Of a stretch of DNA of 64,000 nucleotides, positions 62,837 through 64,000 are shown one piece after another. Origin of the DNA: Nemertoderma westbladi (Eukaryota; Animalia; Xenacoelomorpha); assembly GCA_032718475.1 (NCBI GenBank), contig JAUCBJ010001241.1:1-64000 (forward strand), read 5' to 3'. Position numbers and translations under genes: made by a program. Within the stretch, counting starts at the first letter, position 1. Every line of letters begins with the position of its first letter. A model generated the notes under the pieces. It had not been told where the DNA came from and did not search any database. It worked only from the letters and a program-made list of their open reading frames with translations.

Positions 62837-64000
62837 AAAAATATGTAATGCTAAACACAGAATACAGCAATACAGGTCGACGCATGTCGATTTTCCCCTG
62901 GAGAGGTATAATCAATAATATTCATTCCCATCTGCTACAGTTTGAAGTAAACAATTAGATAACAATACCAATAATTAAAACAATTAATTAATACAATTCT
63001 ATAGTAAAAAAAAACAGTATATCATTCGGGGGATGGAATTTATAGGTAATCTAATTAATTGTTGAAAGATTAGCGAACAATACAATGTAATTCCATTGAT
63101 AAAATCCATAAATAAAGAACAGTGCGAAATTAAGAACAGTAGGGGGGGGGGGGGGGACGTTAATCTTCGTCCAAGTTCATCCAGGAACAATACCGGTAGT
63201 GTCTGACCCACCCAAAATAACTCAGTCTGCCAAACACTTTCCCAGTTGGACGATTTCCTCAAGTCCGATGCCAATCAGAAGCGAAGTAAAGTGTCATGTC
63301 CAAAGGGGATTCCATACATTTATCGGTCGCACCACCACCATTGGGGTGCATCACCGACGACTTCCTCTGCAATGTAAACATCGGAAAATTCGCTAGCAAT
63401 AGCAGCATAGGTTCTACTGCAGCTCGGGATAAATTTACCTTCAGAGACGGTGAATTTCCAGGTGATTTTAGATTATTCCCCAGATCTCTGAATTAAAGAT
63501 CTCAGATAAGGACAGTAAATTTCCACTGACTCCGATTTTTATATCATTTGTTCACGCGTATGACGATTAAACGATTATTATGTAGGGTCAGCCATAAATA
63601 AAGTAATACAATTTCCTGGTTCGACATAAAATCCATTTAATTAGGCCCCCTGGCTCAGCGTAAATTAGGTAAACTTCAACAATAAGAATTATAAGAGGAA
63701 ATAAAAGAGCTTTATTACATCGATTATGAATTCGTATTTATATCATTTCAAACTCATTGATTTGGGTTTTGTGCGTAAAATAAAACCTTCTTTTTTAATC
63801 AAACCAAAAATCCATTTCCAGTTGTACTGTTGTTGTAGATACACCATGCATTGTAATTGGAGAAATTAAGAATCCATGCGGTCTATTATTCCCCTCGAAT
63901 CCATTAATATATCTACAAATAATATGGGCTAGTTTGATTTAACCTTCCTTTCCTTTCATTGCTATTTTGAAAGTAAATTGGTAATTTAGCAAATGGAATT

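Noticed and set aside
63157-63540. GC-richer segment with short ORFs
   Set aside because: No recognisable motif or consistent splice structure, so it was left unannotated.

Overview
AT-rich animal (probably invertebrate) genomic DNA made up mostly of transposable-element debris and tandem arrays. There is one confidently identified host gene: an intact 6-phosphogluconate dehydrogenase (PGD, 17696-19177, +) with no introns in its CDS. Mobile DNA includes a Polinton/Maverick-type packaging ATPase remnant, a full-length Merlin (ISXO2/IS1595-like) transposon with TIRs and an 8-bp TSD inside a nest of older Merlin pieces, Helitron and Helentron (HINE-like) non-autonomous elements, Tc1/mariner-, pogo- and hAT-type MITEs, RTE and CR1/L2-group LINE remnants, a Penelope GIY-YIG remnant, a MULE transposase remnant, a possible gypsy gag remnant and tRNA-derived SINEs. 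Three large tandem arrays are present (42, 57 and 34 bp units); none is a CRISPR array. The most notable observations are: (i) a 5-kb 57-bp satellite that grew from an internal segment of a MITE and still lies between that MITE's two ends; (ii) a symmetric CxxC-24aa-CxxC-x6-CxxH-24aa-CxxC insertion in the Merlin transposase; (iii) clusters of TA-N(2-4)-TA motifs, possibly transposon excision footprints, next to promoter-like sites; (iv) recurrent templated-insertion scars; (v) a degenerate minimal hammerhead downstream of the Penelope ORF. All family assignments come from motif recognition by eye; no database search was run.
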